Source: Patescibacteria group bacterium
Lineage (GTDB): Bacteria; Patescibacteriota; Microgenomatia; UBA1400; PJMF01
NCBI GenBank assembly: GCA_039934415.1
Contig: JBDTME010000001.1
Span: 1 to 47,495, forward strand
Reading direction: 5' to 3'
Length of the DNA stretch: 47,495 bases
The notes below the pieces were generated by a model that saw nothing but the letters and a program-made list of their open reading frames with translations, did no database searches and was not told the origin of the DNA. Position numbers and translations under genes: made by a program. Numbering within the stretch: the first letter of the stretch is position 1; each line of letters starts with the position of its first letter. Positions 8,881 through 18,044 of the stretch are shown one piece after another.

Positions 8881-9357
8881 TTAATTTATCCACTGAATGA
8901 ATGTACAGCCCGTGGCTTGGCGGAACTCGCGATCCCAACCAGCTGTGGAACATTTCTTCATTTTCTTGCCTCCACTGGTTTTCACTTCTACGAGTTTGGC
9001 ACCGCATAACGGACAATCTTCTTTGAGCTCTTTTCGACTGTCGTCGATCCATTCAACATAGTCACAACCAGTTGCCACCATATTCTCTTTATCCCAGCCT
9101 GCGGTAGCACATTTTTTCATTTTTTTACCACTACGCGTTTTTTGTAACACTAATGAACTGCCACATTTGGGACAGTTTTCTTTCAAAACTTTTTGATCAT
9201 CATTGAGCCATTTCACGTACAAGCAACCTTCAGTTTGACGAGTCGTGGGGTTCCATTGTGATTTAGAACAACGTTGTAGTTTCTTGCCCGATTTTGTTTC
9301 TTCAACATCTTTAAGTTGAGAGTGACAGAGTGGACAGATGTCTTCGGTATTTGGCAT
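8881..9357 (-). CDS. Stand-alone protein of three tandem topoisomerase-I-type C4 zinc ribbons
   Basis: Three repeats of about 53 aa, CPxCxxxL...GKKxxxC...W......GCxxxxW, with 12 Cys. ATG 9357 chosen because extended -10 TGATACACT lies 8 nt upstream. Confidence 0.8.
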   Translation of the reverse strand: MPNTEDICPLCHSQLKDVEETKSGKKLQRCSKSQWNPTTRQTEGCLYVKWLNDDQKVLKENCPKCGSSLVLQKTRSGKKMKKCATAGWDKENMVATGCDYVEWIDDSRKELKEDCPLCGAKLVEVKTSGGKKMKKCSTAGWDREFRQATGCTFIQWIN

Positions 9358-9382
9358 AGGAAGGTAGTGTATCACTTTCTTG

Positions 9383-10189
9383 CTAAAATGAACTGACTTT
9401 TTTTGTGAACCAACTTCCACCAAAGAACAGCAAAGTCACTTCGACGATTGTCCCGCCAGCAGATAAATTTAAATAGTACGATGCGAATAACCCGATCAAC
9501 ACTGAGACTATGGAAAAGAAAATGGACAGAAATAGTGAAGACTTAAAACTTTTTGTCCACTGCATCGCAGTTAAAACTGGGATGATCATCAAGGCACTCG
9601 TTAACAAAATACCTACGATTCTCATCGCTAACGAGATCGCTACAGCAGCTAATGCGATGAGTAAAGTGTTGAGAAAAGTGATCGGTATACCTTGCACTTG
9701 AGCCAGTTCTTCGTCGAATGCAGTCAAAAACAATTCTTTGTAAAATAACCAAACGGCAGTGATTGTCAGTACTCCAAATCCAAAAATGATGAATAAATCT
9801 TGTTGAGTTACTGTTGTGATACTGCCAAATAAATAACTGAATAAATTGACTGTGAAACCATGGCCAAATGAAATGATAATGAGAGCTGTTGCTAGACTTC
9901 CGGATAAGAACACAGCTAAAATCGATTCTTCAAAAATCATTTTTGATTTTCGAATTTTCTCGATACCAATTGATGCGATAAGAGTTGTTGCCAATGCTGT
10001 GAAGACAGGATTGATATTGAAGAGCAAACCAATTGCGATGCCTACCAAAGATACATGTGATAATGTGTCAGCGATCAATGAAAAACGTCTGACCACGAGA
10101 AAAATTCCGATCAATGGTGCAATAATTGCAATCATTAAACCTGCTGCAAAAGCTCTCCACATGAAGTCGTATTGTAATATTTCAAGCAT
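9383..10189 (-). CDS. znuB: Zn/Mn ABC transporter permease
   Basis: RRFSLIADTLSHVSLVG and GILLTSALMIIP motifs. The ATG at 10189 overlaps the znuC stop. Confidence 0.92.
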   Translation of the reverse strand: MLEILQYDFMWRAFAAGLMIAIIAPLIGIFLVVRRFSLIADTLSHVSLVGIAIGLLFNINPVFTALATTLIASIGIEKIRKSKMIFEESILAVFLSGSLATALIIISFGHGFTVNLFSYLFGSITTVTQQDLFIIFGFGVLTITAVWLFYKELFLTAFDEELAQVQGIPITFLNTLLIALAAVAISLAMRIVGILLTSALMIIPVLTAMQWTKSFKSSLFLSIFFSIVSVLIGLFASYYLNLSAGGTIVEVTLLFFGGSWFTKKVSSF

Positions 10190-10964
10190 GATGATGAGGG
10201 TAGTGTTCATGTGGCACAACATGGACATGACCGCCGTATAAATCTTGTAAGTAATTTCCGTACAGCAATTGAGTCGATGGAATGTGACAGAGTAACTTTC
10301 TGTTCAGACAAATCACTGATTTTGCTCGGTGAACTGCCACGTCCACTTCGTGGGTGACGATCAAGATTGTTATACCGAAATCTTTATTCAGCGTTTTGAT
10401 AAAGTCATAAAATTTTTCTTGAGTTTCTAAGTCTACGCCCACAGTCGGTTCATCCAAAAATAAAATTTTGGGTTCACTCGCTAATGCCCGAGCTATGTAG
10501 ACACGCTGTAGTTGTCCTCCTGAAAGTTGATTAATTGATGTGTTTCTTAGTTTTTCTACACCTGCAATATGCATGGCCCAATCCATTTTTTGACGATCTT
10601 TTTTATTTATATTATGGAAGAGGCCAGTTTTTGCAGTGCAACCACTTTCGATGACTTCAGTCACCGTGCATGGGAATTGTATTGAACTTGCTGATATTCG
10701 TTGTGGAACATAACCGAGTTGAAATTTTTTGTCGAATGAATTGATTGGCTGACCGAACAGTCGAATGCTTCCAGTTTGCGGTGATAGTAAACCTAAAATT
10801 GCTTTGAGTAATGTGCTTTTACCAGCGCCATTCGGTCCAATGATGGCAACGTACTCCCCCTCTTTAATACTGAGTGAGACATGGTCCAATGCTTTGACGC
10901 CGTCGTATGAATAACTGACGTCTTCGACTTCTATTGGAAATGGTATGGGCGCATTCGTGTTCAT
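10182..10964 (-). CDS. znuC: Zn/Mn ABC transporter ATPase with His-rich tail
   Basis: GPNGAGKST, LSGGQLQRV, LFLDEP and VTHE; ends HVHVVPHEHYPHHHA; ATGA overlap with znuA. Confidence 0.93.
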   Translation of the reverse strand: MNTNAPIPFPIEVEDVSYSYDGVKALDHVSLSIKEGEYVAIIGPNGAGKSTLLKAILGLLSPQTGSIRLFGQPINSFDKKFQLGYVPQRISASSIQFPCTVTEVIESGCTAKTGLFHNINKKDRQKMDWAMHIAGVEKLRNTSINQLSGGQLQRVYIARALASEPKILFLDEPTVGVDLETQEKFYDFIKTLNKDFGITILIVTHEVDVAVHRAKSVICLNRKLLCHIPSTQLLYGNYLQDLYGGHVHVVPHEHYPHHHA

Positions 10965-11860
10965 CGGCATTCTAATGCTAAGCGCAGGGTAGCTAGATTT
11001 TCTTTCATGACGGAAAAGTAATCACTCCCTGATTGTATCTCGTCATCACTCAAACCTTCTAGTGGATTTAGTACTGCAGTGCGAGCGCCCGTTTCTCGAG
11101 CGATTGTTTCTGATAATTTAGGACTGACTAAACTTTCAAAGAAAATAACTGTAACGTGATTTGCCTTTACAAAATTAGCTACTGTGGCAAGTTGTGCTGG
11201 TGAAGGTTCTTCGTCAGGTGAGATTCCAGATATCGAAACTTGATTCAACCCATACGCTTCAGCCAGATGGCCGAAGGCAGCATGGGAAGTGACAATGTTA
11301 TTTTGTTTGCAGTTTGTTAGTCCTTTTTTATACAGTGTGTCCAGCCCCTCAAGCTGTTCAGTTAACATCTGAGCATGTTGTTCATACTGGGTTTGATGAG
11401 TTGGATCAACTTGGAGAAAGCCTTGGAGTATTTTCTGAACTTGCTTTTTTGCCTGAATGGGACTGAGCCAGAGGTGTGGATCAGTAGCTTTGACATCTTC
11501 ACTCGTGGTGATGACGAGGACAGGTTTTCCTTGCAGATTTTGTTTGATTTTCTCACTCCAGGCTTCCAATCCTTTCCCATTGAGAATCAACAATTTACTT
11601 TGCACGATGTTGCTGATTTGTTGTGGAGATGGGTCGTAATCGTGTGGTTCGCTGCCCGCTGGCGTTAGGTTTGTAACTTTTGCAAAAGAGCCACCAATGT
11701 TTTGGGCAAAAAAGTACAGAGGATAAAAAGAAGCGACTACTGAAATTTTTTTCGGGTCAGTCTGTGACGTTTGTTGCACTGCAAAGAATCTTTGTGTCAG
11801 CAGAAAGCTGAGTACAAAAAAAGCTCCGACAAATAGTATGGCAAAGAGTAATTTCTTCAT
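10961..11860 (-). CDS. znuA: Zn/Mn ABC transporter solute-binding protein
   Basis: GSEPHDYDP, DPHLWLSP, VTSHAAFGHL and LNPLEG metal-ligand motifs of cluster A-I binding proteins. Confidence 0.93.
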   Translation of the reverse strand: MKKLLFAILFVGAFFVLSFLLTQRFFAVQQTSQTDPKKISVVASFYPLYFFAQNIGGSFAKVTNLTPAGSEPHDYDPSPQQISNIVQSKLLILNGKGLEAWSEKIKQNLQGKPVLVITTSEDVKATDPHLWLSPIQAKKQVQKILQGFLQVDPTHQTQYEQHAQMLTEQLEGLDTLYKKGLTNCKQNNIVTSHAAFGHLAEAYGLNQVSISGISPDEEPSPAQLATVANFVKANHVTVIFFESLVSPKLSETIARETGARTAVLNPLEGLSDDEIQSGSDYFSVMKENLATLRLALECR

Positions 11861-11876
11861 TTGAATTGTTCAGATT

Positions 11877-11915
11877 ACTATATCATGGCTCACTATTTTA
11901 CGCAACTGAGTTGCG
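11877..11915 (-). promoter_or_regulatory. sigma70 promoter of znuA with an overlapping 7-1-7 palindromic operator
   Basis: On the minus strand, TTGCGT (11900-11905), 17 nt, then TATAGT (11877-11882) with an extended TG. The perfect palindrome CGCAACT-G-AGTTGCG at 11901-11915 covers the -35 box. Confidence 0.7.
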
Positions 11916-11963
11916 AATTAATTCAGGCAGAAAATGACAAGCTGAATTTACAATCTGAAACAA

Positions 11964-11989
11964 GAAAAAAAGCGGTCCCAAAGTCGCTT
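11964..11989 (-). terminator. Weak candidate terminator after efp
   Basis: Minus strand AAGCGA-ctttggga-CCGCTT followed by a T run; the stem is short and imperfect. Confidence 0.35.
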
Positions 11990-12040
11990 CAGGAATTATT
12001 TACGTCAGGAAGATCTCGCGCAGAACAACGATGTTGTAGA

Positions 12041-12610
12041 TTACTCGTTTGCTCGAGAAACGTACTCTCCAGTATCTGTGTCGATAATGAGGTAATCGCC
12101 TACTTTACTGAATAGCGGTGCTTGGACGATCAGCCCTGTTTCGAGTGTCACTGGTTTCTTTGGCGCATTGACCCGATTACCTGCCGTAGCGTCTTCAGTG
12201 TATGTGACTTTGAGTCGGACTTTGAGTGGGACTCGAACACCGATAGCTTTTTCATCGTAAAAAAGAATGTACACCTCACTGTCACTGGTTAAGTAACCGA
12301 GTTTGTCTTCGATTAGTGCTCGAGGAATGGTGACTTGTTCGTAGCTTCGAGGATCCATGAATGCTACTTCTTCTTGATCAGAATACAAGAACTGCATTTG
12401 TCGGGTATTTACATCCAATTCTTCTACTGACTCGGTCGATTTGAAAGTGAAGTCGATCGAATTGCCAGTTTTGACACTTTTCAAACGTGCGCGGGTAAAA
12501 GCAGAACCTTTGCCAGGACTAACGAACTCCGTTTTGGTGACGATGTGTGGGTCGTTTTTGAATAGAATGTAACTGTTTTTGCGGATATTCCCGCCTTTAA
12601 TGATTCCCAT
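12041..12610 (-). CDS. efp: Elongation factor P
   Basis: SPGKGSAFTR loop with the modifiable Lys (codon 12509-12511); KPVTLETG and IIDTDTGEYVSR. Confidence 0.97.
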   Translation of the reverse strand: MGIIKGGNIRKNSYILFKNDPHIVTKTEFVSPGKGSAFTRARLKSVKTGNSIDFTFKSTESVEELDVNTRQMQFLYSDQEEVAFMDPRSYEQVTIPRALIEDKLGYLTSDSEVYILFYDEKAIGVRVPLKVRLKVTYTEDATAGNRVNAPKKPVTLETGLIVQAPLFSKVGDYLIIDTDTGEYVSRANE

Positions 12611-12679
12611 ACCATTCTTCCTCAGTTGTTTTGTGTATCTGAAGCTTACATCTTACTCGAGGTTTTTACAAAAAGCAAT

Positions 12680-13726
12680 TCAAGAAGGAAACAATTCATT
12701 GATGGGAAACAACAAGGTGTCTTCAATGGAAGGTACGTTTGCCAGAAGCATTACTAATCGATCTACTCCAATAGCAATGCCCGTGCATTCTGGTAAGCCT
12801 GATTTCAAGGCATCTATAAAGTCTGTATCTAGTTCGTACTTTGTTTTACCCAGAGCATCACGCTCTCTAAGTTCTGCTTTGAGTCGTTTTTCCTGTTCTT
12901 CTCCGTCGATTAATTCTGAGAAAGCATTTCCGAGCTCGATTCCAGCAAGATATATTTCAAATCGTTCAGCGAATTCAGGGTCGCTGGCTTTACGTTTGGA
13001 TAGGGCCGCTTGTGAAAGTGGATAGTCATAGATGATGGTAGGGCGAGTTTTATCGAGTTTTGCTTCTATCTCATTGAGAAAGATTTGGTTGTAGACCTGT
13101 TCCCAGGTTGTGTCAGAAGTGACTTGGTACCCTTTCTTTTTGGCAACTTCAATCAGTTTTGTCTCTGAGAGTAACTCTTCTCTGCTTACTCCGGCAAACT
13201 TGAGAAATGCTTGTTCGACTGAGTAACGGGGAAAAGGCAGAGTTAAATCAATGTCCAGATCTTGATACTCAAAACCATTGCGTCCCTCTTTCCCATACCT
13301 CGCCTCGGCAAGGGCTGGTAACATTTCTTCCATGTCTTTCATCAAGGCCGTGTAATCAGCATTTGCTCGGTAATACTCTAAAATAGTGAATTCGGGATTG
13401 TGTCTACTACTTCTCCCCTCTTTATTGCGAAAACTTTTGCAAATCTGAAAAATATCCCCAAACCCAGCCGCAAGCAGTTTTTTCATGGCATATTCAGGAC
13501 TAGTTAAAAGATAAGCTGGATATGAGTCACCTTCAGCAAACTTCACTGTTGTATCAAACACTTCTAAATAAGGTTCCGTCCCTGGAGATTTGACTAATAA
13601 TGGAGTCTCCACCTCATGGAAACCCCGAGTTTTGAAAAAGACACGTAAACTATCAATAACCTGTTCGCGAACCAAAAATTGCTGTTTCAATCCATCATTT
13701 TGTTTGATCTTTTGCCAGTTTTTCAT
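12680..13726 (-). CDS. epmA: EF-P lysine aminoacylase (GenX/PoxA)
   Basis: LLTSPEYAMKKLLAAG, FRNKEG..RHNPEFTILEYY, ERFEIY..GIELGNAF and GIAIGVDRL. It has no anticodon-binding domain and lies next to efp. Confidence 0.95.
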   Translation of the reverse strand: MKNWQKIKQNDGLKQQFLVREQVIDSLRVFFKTRGFHEVETPLLVKSPGTEPYLEVFDTTVKFAEGDSYPAYLLTSPEYAMKKLLAAGFGDIFQICKSFRNKEGRSSRHNPEFTILEYYRANADYTALMKDMEEMLPALAEARYGKEGRNGFEYQDLDIDLTLPFPRYSVEQAFLKFAGVSREELLSETKLIEVAKKKGYQVTSDTTWEQVYNQIFLNEIEAKLDKTRPTIIYDYPLSQAALSKRKASDPEFAERFEIYLAGIELGNAFSELIDGEEQEKRLKAELRERDALGKTKYELDTDFIDALKSGLPECTGIAIGVDRLVMLLANVPSIEDTLLFPINELFPS

Positions 13727-13943
13727 GAGGTGATTGTATCACTATCTTGGCAGTTACTGGCTTTTTTCGATCTTTTATTTTACAATTTATGGCAATCAAA
13801 TCCGATTAACTGTTCTTGTTATTCAAATTTCTATTAAAATGGTGTAAAATTCTATTTTAATGAGAGTTTTTTTGTTCTTTATCACAAAAACGGAGACTTT
13901 TTTGCGGGATTTGCAGTAAATCCCCAATAAATTAAATACAAAT

Positions 13944-14375
13944 ATGAACATACTTTCAAAAGCCTTTCCAACTGAGGGTGGTCAGACAACTTTCGGTCTA
14001 CATCTTATGCTCGACGCATACGGGGTGGATCCTTCAAAACTCAGTGACATGAAATTGATATTTAAATATTTGAATGATCTTCCTAAAATTATTGACATGA
14101 AAAAATTGACAACCCCCTACGTTGTTGATTGTGACGCAACAGAAAGCGGAAAAGATCCTGGCGGTATTTCAGGATTTGTGATGATTGCAGAATCCCATAT
14201 CTCAATACATACATTTGCTAAGCGAGGTTTCTTCACGATGGATTGTTACTCATGCAATAACTTTGAAGAAGAAGTTGAAGAGTTACTCGCTTACACGAAA
14301 CAAATATTTCCTTACACTGACTCTGAACTCCAAGTTGTGAAACGTGGATTGAAGTATCCAGTGGAAAATGTGTAA
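13944..14375 (+). CDS. speD: Pyruvoyl-dependent S-adenosylmethionine decarboxylase family proenzyme
   Basis: GLHLMLD and GISGFVMIAESHISIHTF (E-S self-cleavage site); DCYSC. Confidence 0.85.
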   Translation: MNILSKAFPTEGGQTTFGLHLMLDAYGVDPSKLSDMKLIFKYLNDLPKIIDMKKLTTPYVVDCDATESGKDPGGISGFVMIAESHISIHTFAKRGFFTMDCYSCNNFEEEVEELLAYTKQIFPYTDSELQVVKRGLKYPVENV

Positions 14376-14379
14376 AAAC

Positions 14380-15291
14380 ATGTTGCCAATTTTCCCAAAT
14401 TTTAAAAATTTAGAAATTACTGATAAACCAGATCTTGAAAAAATTACTGCACAGTTCCCTCCTTATTCTGATTTTAATTTCGTAAGTCTCTGGAGTTACA
14501 ATACTCTAGAAGATTTTCAACTTTCTTTATTAAATGGGAATTTGGTTTTAAGAATGAATGACTATATCACTTTGGAACCCTTCTATACCTTTATAGGTAT
14601 TGAAAACGTTACTGAGACGATTAGAACGTTGTTACAATTTTCACAGGACAGAATTCAACGCTCAGAACTAAGAGTGATCCCAGAGATAGATCTGTCAAAA
14701 GATGCTCAGAGACTCCATGCAGAATTTGACATTTTTGAAGATCGAGATTGTTTTGATTATATCTATTCATTAGATTTGTTAGTTGCAGCTGAAGGCGGAC
14801 AGTACAAAGTTTTAAGAAATATGTTGAGTAAATTTGTAAGAACTGTTTCTTCATATTCCTTGACTTTAGTTGATTTGCAAGATGAAAATGTGCAACAGCA
14901 AATAATAGAGTTAATACACGTGTGGGGTGCTGCTCAAGGCAGAGAGAAAGATGAGATAGAGAACGAATTAAATGGAGTAAAAAGATTGCTGGATTCTTCT
15001 CAGTACTTAAACTTAATTTGTTTATGCTTATATATTGAAGATCATTTAAAAGCTTTTTTTATTTCAGAAAAGACTCACGATGAATATGCTATGGCACACT
15101 TTCGTAAGGCAGATCCCTCTTTTCCTGGTATCTTCCAGTTCATTGATTATGAAAATGCGAAGTATATGAAGCTTTTAGGTTGTAAGTTTTTAAATTACGA
15201 GCAAGATCTAGGTATCCCTAATTTAGTTAAATCAAAACAATCCTTACATCCAGTAAAATACTTAAAGAAATACAAAATTACTCTAAAATAA
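14380..15291 (+). CDS. Stand-alone DUF2156 (aminoacyl-phosphatidylglycerol synthase C-terminal-like) protein
   Basis: DYIYS, AHFRKADPSFPGIFQFI and LNYEQDLGIPNLVKSKQSLHP; no membrane flippase domain. Alternative start at 14368. Confidence 0.8.
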   Translation: MLPIFPNFKNLEITDKPDLEKITAQFPPYSDFNFVSLWSYNTLEDFQLSLLNGNLVLRMNDYITLEPFYTFIGIENVTETIRTLLQFSQDRIQRSELRVIPEIDLSKDAQRLHAEFDIFEDRDCFDYIYSLDLLVAAEGGQYKVLRNMLSKFVRTVSSYSLTLVDLQDENVQQQIIELIHVWGAAQGREKDEIENELNGVKRLLDSSQYLNLICLCLYIEDHLKAFFISEKTHDEYAMAHFRKADPSFPGIFQFIDYENAKYMKLLGCKFLNYEQDLGIPNLVKSKQSLHPVKYLKKYKITLK

Positions 15292-15524
15292 CTTGGTTTA
15301 CCTAAGCAGTGTTTACTCTCAGAATCGCAAAATTTGTCTTGATAAAGCATTAGACAATTTCAAACATACATTTGTTTGAATATTTACTTGTCGTACTTGT
15401 CTATCAAATTTGCCAATGGATTTGAGGGATCCAAATCCCATTTAAACAGTTCAAAGTGTTTCCTTCTTTACACGCTCTTGTCTTTATTGATATGCTCTTG
15501 TGAAGTGATCTGTTGGTACCACAT

Positions 15525-16337
15525 ATGTTGCAAAATTTAAAAAAAGAATTCACAGCAAAAGTCGCTCTCCTAATTTTTTTGTTCTTCACAGCGTTTTGGT
15601 TAACCCTTTTTCTTTTCGAGAAAGATAGTATTTGGCATGCAGCTTTTGGCAGTAGCTATGGTGTTTTGGCTGCATTTGGTGGGTTTATTGGTCTGAGTAT
15701 TGCTCAGAGATGGGGTGGATTTAAAAGTATTATGGGAAAGTCAGTCTTGTTCTTTTCTTTCGGTTTACTGCTTCAAACTTTTGGACAAATTGCCTACACA
15801 CTTTATATATATGTACTAAAGATCGAGTTGCCATATCCTTCGATTGGAGATATTGGTTATTTCGGGAGCATACCTTGTTATGTATATGGAGTCTTTTTAT
15901 TAGCAAAAGCCTCTGGTGTTAGGTTATCAATTCAAAGGCTTAGAGGACAACTTCTCTTCTTAATTCTTCCTGGTGTTTTGTTATTGCTTTCTTATTTCAT
16001 GTTTTTGCAAGGATATGTTTTTGATTGGTCTAACCCATTGGCTATATTTTTGGATTTTGGTTACCCATTTGGTCAAGCTATTTATGTTTCACTTGCTTTT
16101 TTAACATACCTGCTTTCAAGAAATATTCTTGGAGGTATTATGAGAAACAAGATTTTGTTTTTGTTGTTTGCTCTAGTAATTCAATATCTATCTGATTTCT
16201 CTTTCTTATACTTAGTTGATAAAGGTTGGTGGTTTGTTGGTGGAGTTAATGACTATATCTATTTAGTAGCATACTTTTTAATGACACTTGCACTGATTCA
16301 ACTAAAGACTGTTTCTGATACGTTAACAAAGAAATAA
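15525..16337 (+). CDS. Stand-alone multi-TM sensor-like membrane protein (7-8 TM)
   Basis: Hydrophobic throughout; the PYPSIGDIGYF motif resembles membrane domains usually fused to kinases or cyclases. Confidence 0.75.
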   Translation: MLQNLKKEFTAKVALLIFLFFTAFWLTLFLFEKDSIWHAAFGSSYGVLAAFGGFIGLSIAQRWGGFKSIMGKSVLFFSFGLLLQTFGQIAYTLYIYVLKIELPYPSIGDIGYFGSIPCYVYGVFLLAKASGVRLSIQRLRGQLLFLILPGVLLLLSYFMFLQGYVFDWSNPLAIFLDFGYPFGQAIYVSLAFLTYLLSRNILGGIMRNKILFLLFALVIQYLSDFSFLYLVDKGWWFVGGVNDYIYLVAYFLMTLALIQLKTVSDTLTKK

Positions 16338-16339
16338 GC

Positions 16340-16618
16340 ATGCCCGACATTTATGTCTCGTTAGCCAGCAAAATAATTAAGGATCAGGAAGCTGTGATTG
16401 GTCCGCTTGCTTGGAGTGAGGCTGGTAAGGTGAAGGGTATCAAGGTAATTGATCATACTGTGGAAATCAGTGGAGATGGAAAACAGACGCTTGGGAAATT
16501 AGTGAGTCAATATGAAGGGTTGTTTGGCAGAGCATCAGTCGAGGTGTGTAGAGATGCAATCCGAAAACTGATTGTAGATGTTGATCCAAAAGAGTTACCT
16601 GATATTCTTCTTCAATAG
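16340..16618 (+). CDS. Small soluble hypothetical protein, 92 aa
   Basis: Starts 2 nt after the upstream stop; IIKDQEAVIGPLA...YEGLFGRASVEVCRDA looks like a conserved fold. Confidence 0.8.
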   Translation: MPDIYVSLASKIIKDQEAVIGPLAWSEAGKVKGIKVIDHTVEISGDGKQTLGKLVSQYEGLFGRASVEVCRDAIRKLIVDVDPKELPDILLQ

Positions 16619-16673
16619 TACAATTTTTTCCTTAATGGTCCACAACTTTGATTCTTAAACATAGTATACTGGT

Positions 16674-18041
16674 ATGATCATGGCCGATCAATCAACTTCT
16701 CAGCTTCAGAATGTGACTCAAGAGCTGTACAAGAAGAACTTGGAGTTGGTGAATGCAAACAAAGAGATGACTTTGTTGCAAAGGCTGTATGAATCGATGG
16801 CGGTGAAATTAAACCTCGAAGAGTTAACTCAAGAATTTATCGAAATCATTGTGAAGCAATTAAACTTTCCAGGGGGTTTGGTTACGATTCGCCAACCAGG
16901 AAAACAAAGTTTACAATACCTCGCGTCTGACTTCGAAAAGAAGAATCAAGATATCCACAAAATATTTCATTCGAAACAGGCTGATATGCACGTAAGCCTT
17001 CATCATGATACAAACCTGTTGGTGAAAGCATTCCATCAACAGAAAGAACTCACAACTGAAGATCCTTTAAAAGTGCTTGTACCTCTTCTTTCTCCTGAAA
17101 ATGCAAAGATCATTGCTGAAAAAGGAGAGTTTACTTCTGCTATTACCTATCCTTTGAGCTTCGGTACCCATCAAATTGCCGCATTGTCTATTTTTTTCAG
17201 ACGAAATGTTTCAGAGCTTTCACACTTTGAGCGAGAAGTCCTCAATCGAGTTGCGACAGTGTTTGGAGTGGCTCTGGATCGTGTGATGATTTACCAAGAT
17301 TTAAAATCTGCAAATAAAAAACTCAAGATGCTGGATAAACTCAAAGACGAGTTTGTTTCTATAGCGTCACACGAGTTGCGCACTCCCCTGACTGCTGTCA
17401 AAGGATATTTATGGCTGGCATTGAACAAGTCTCCCACTCCTCTAGCAAAAGAAGTCGAAACAAACTTGAAGATTGCTCACGACTCCACTGAGCGGTTATC
17501 ACGTATGGTGGAAGACATGTTAACGATCTCACGTATTGAAGGAAATCGTTTGAAGTTAGAAGTTGAAGAGTTCGATCTCAGTGAGTTGACCAAGCAGGTC
17601 TATGACGAATTGTCGATCCGAGCATCAACCAAACACATTGACTTTACGGTTAATTTGCCCCCTACACCCATTCATTATAAAGGTGATAAGGAAAAAATTC
17701 GAGAGTGTATCATCAATATTACTGGTAATGCGCTCAAGTTTACCCCAGAACAAGGTAAGATCAGTATCACGCTTGCCCAAGTGCGTGAGTCAATTACGAT
17801 CAAAATAGCAGACACTGGACCTGGTATTTCAGCAGAAGATAAACATAAATTATTCCAAAAGTTTTCGAAGCTGGACAGTTCATATCAAAAAGTCAAAGAG
17901 AGTGGCACTGGACTAGGTTTGTATATCACGAAACAAATTATCGACATGCATGGAGGTTCAATTACCGTTGATTCGCAACTCGGCGAAGGCACTACGTTTG
18001 GCATCGTTTTACCCTTAAAATCCAAATTGGAGGCACAGTAG
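16674..18041 (+). CDS. Soluble GAF-HisKA-HATPase sensor kinase
   Basis: H-box SIASHELRTPLT, N-box NITGNALKFT, DTGPGI and GTGLGL; no TM segment. Confidence 0.93.
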   Translation: MIMADQSTSQLQNVTQELYKKNLELVNANKEMTLLQRLYESMAVKLNLEELTQEFIEIIVKQLNFPGGLVTIRQPGKQSLQYLASDFEKKNQDIHKIFHSKQADMHVSLHHDTNLLVKAFHQQKELTTEDPLKVLVPLLSPENAKIIAEKGEFTSAITYPLSFGTHQIAALSIFFRRNVSELSHFEREVLNRVATVFGVALDRVMIYQDLKSANKKLKMLDKLKDEFVSIASHELRTPLTAVKGYLWLALNKSPTPLAKEVETNLKIAHDSTERLSRMVEDMLTISRIEGNRLKLEVEEFDLSELTKQVYDELSIRASTKHIDFTVNLPPTPIHYKGDKEKIRECIINITGNALKFTPEQGKISITLAQVRESITIKIADTGPGISAEDKHKLFQKFSKLDSSYQKVKESGTGLGLYITKQIIDMHGGSITVDSQLGEGTTFGIVLPLKSKLEAQ

Positions 18042-18044
18042 TAT

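Noticed and set aside
9846-13025. Antisense ORFs such as 9846-10241 and 12579-13025, and similar short ORFs elsewhere
   Set aside because: They lie opposite well-supported genes, with no start signals or motifs.
13906-13924. GGGATTT/AAATCCC hairpin before speD as a SAM riboswitch
   Set aside because: It is a single 7-bp stem with no SAM-I/II/III consensus or expression platform visible.
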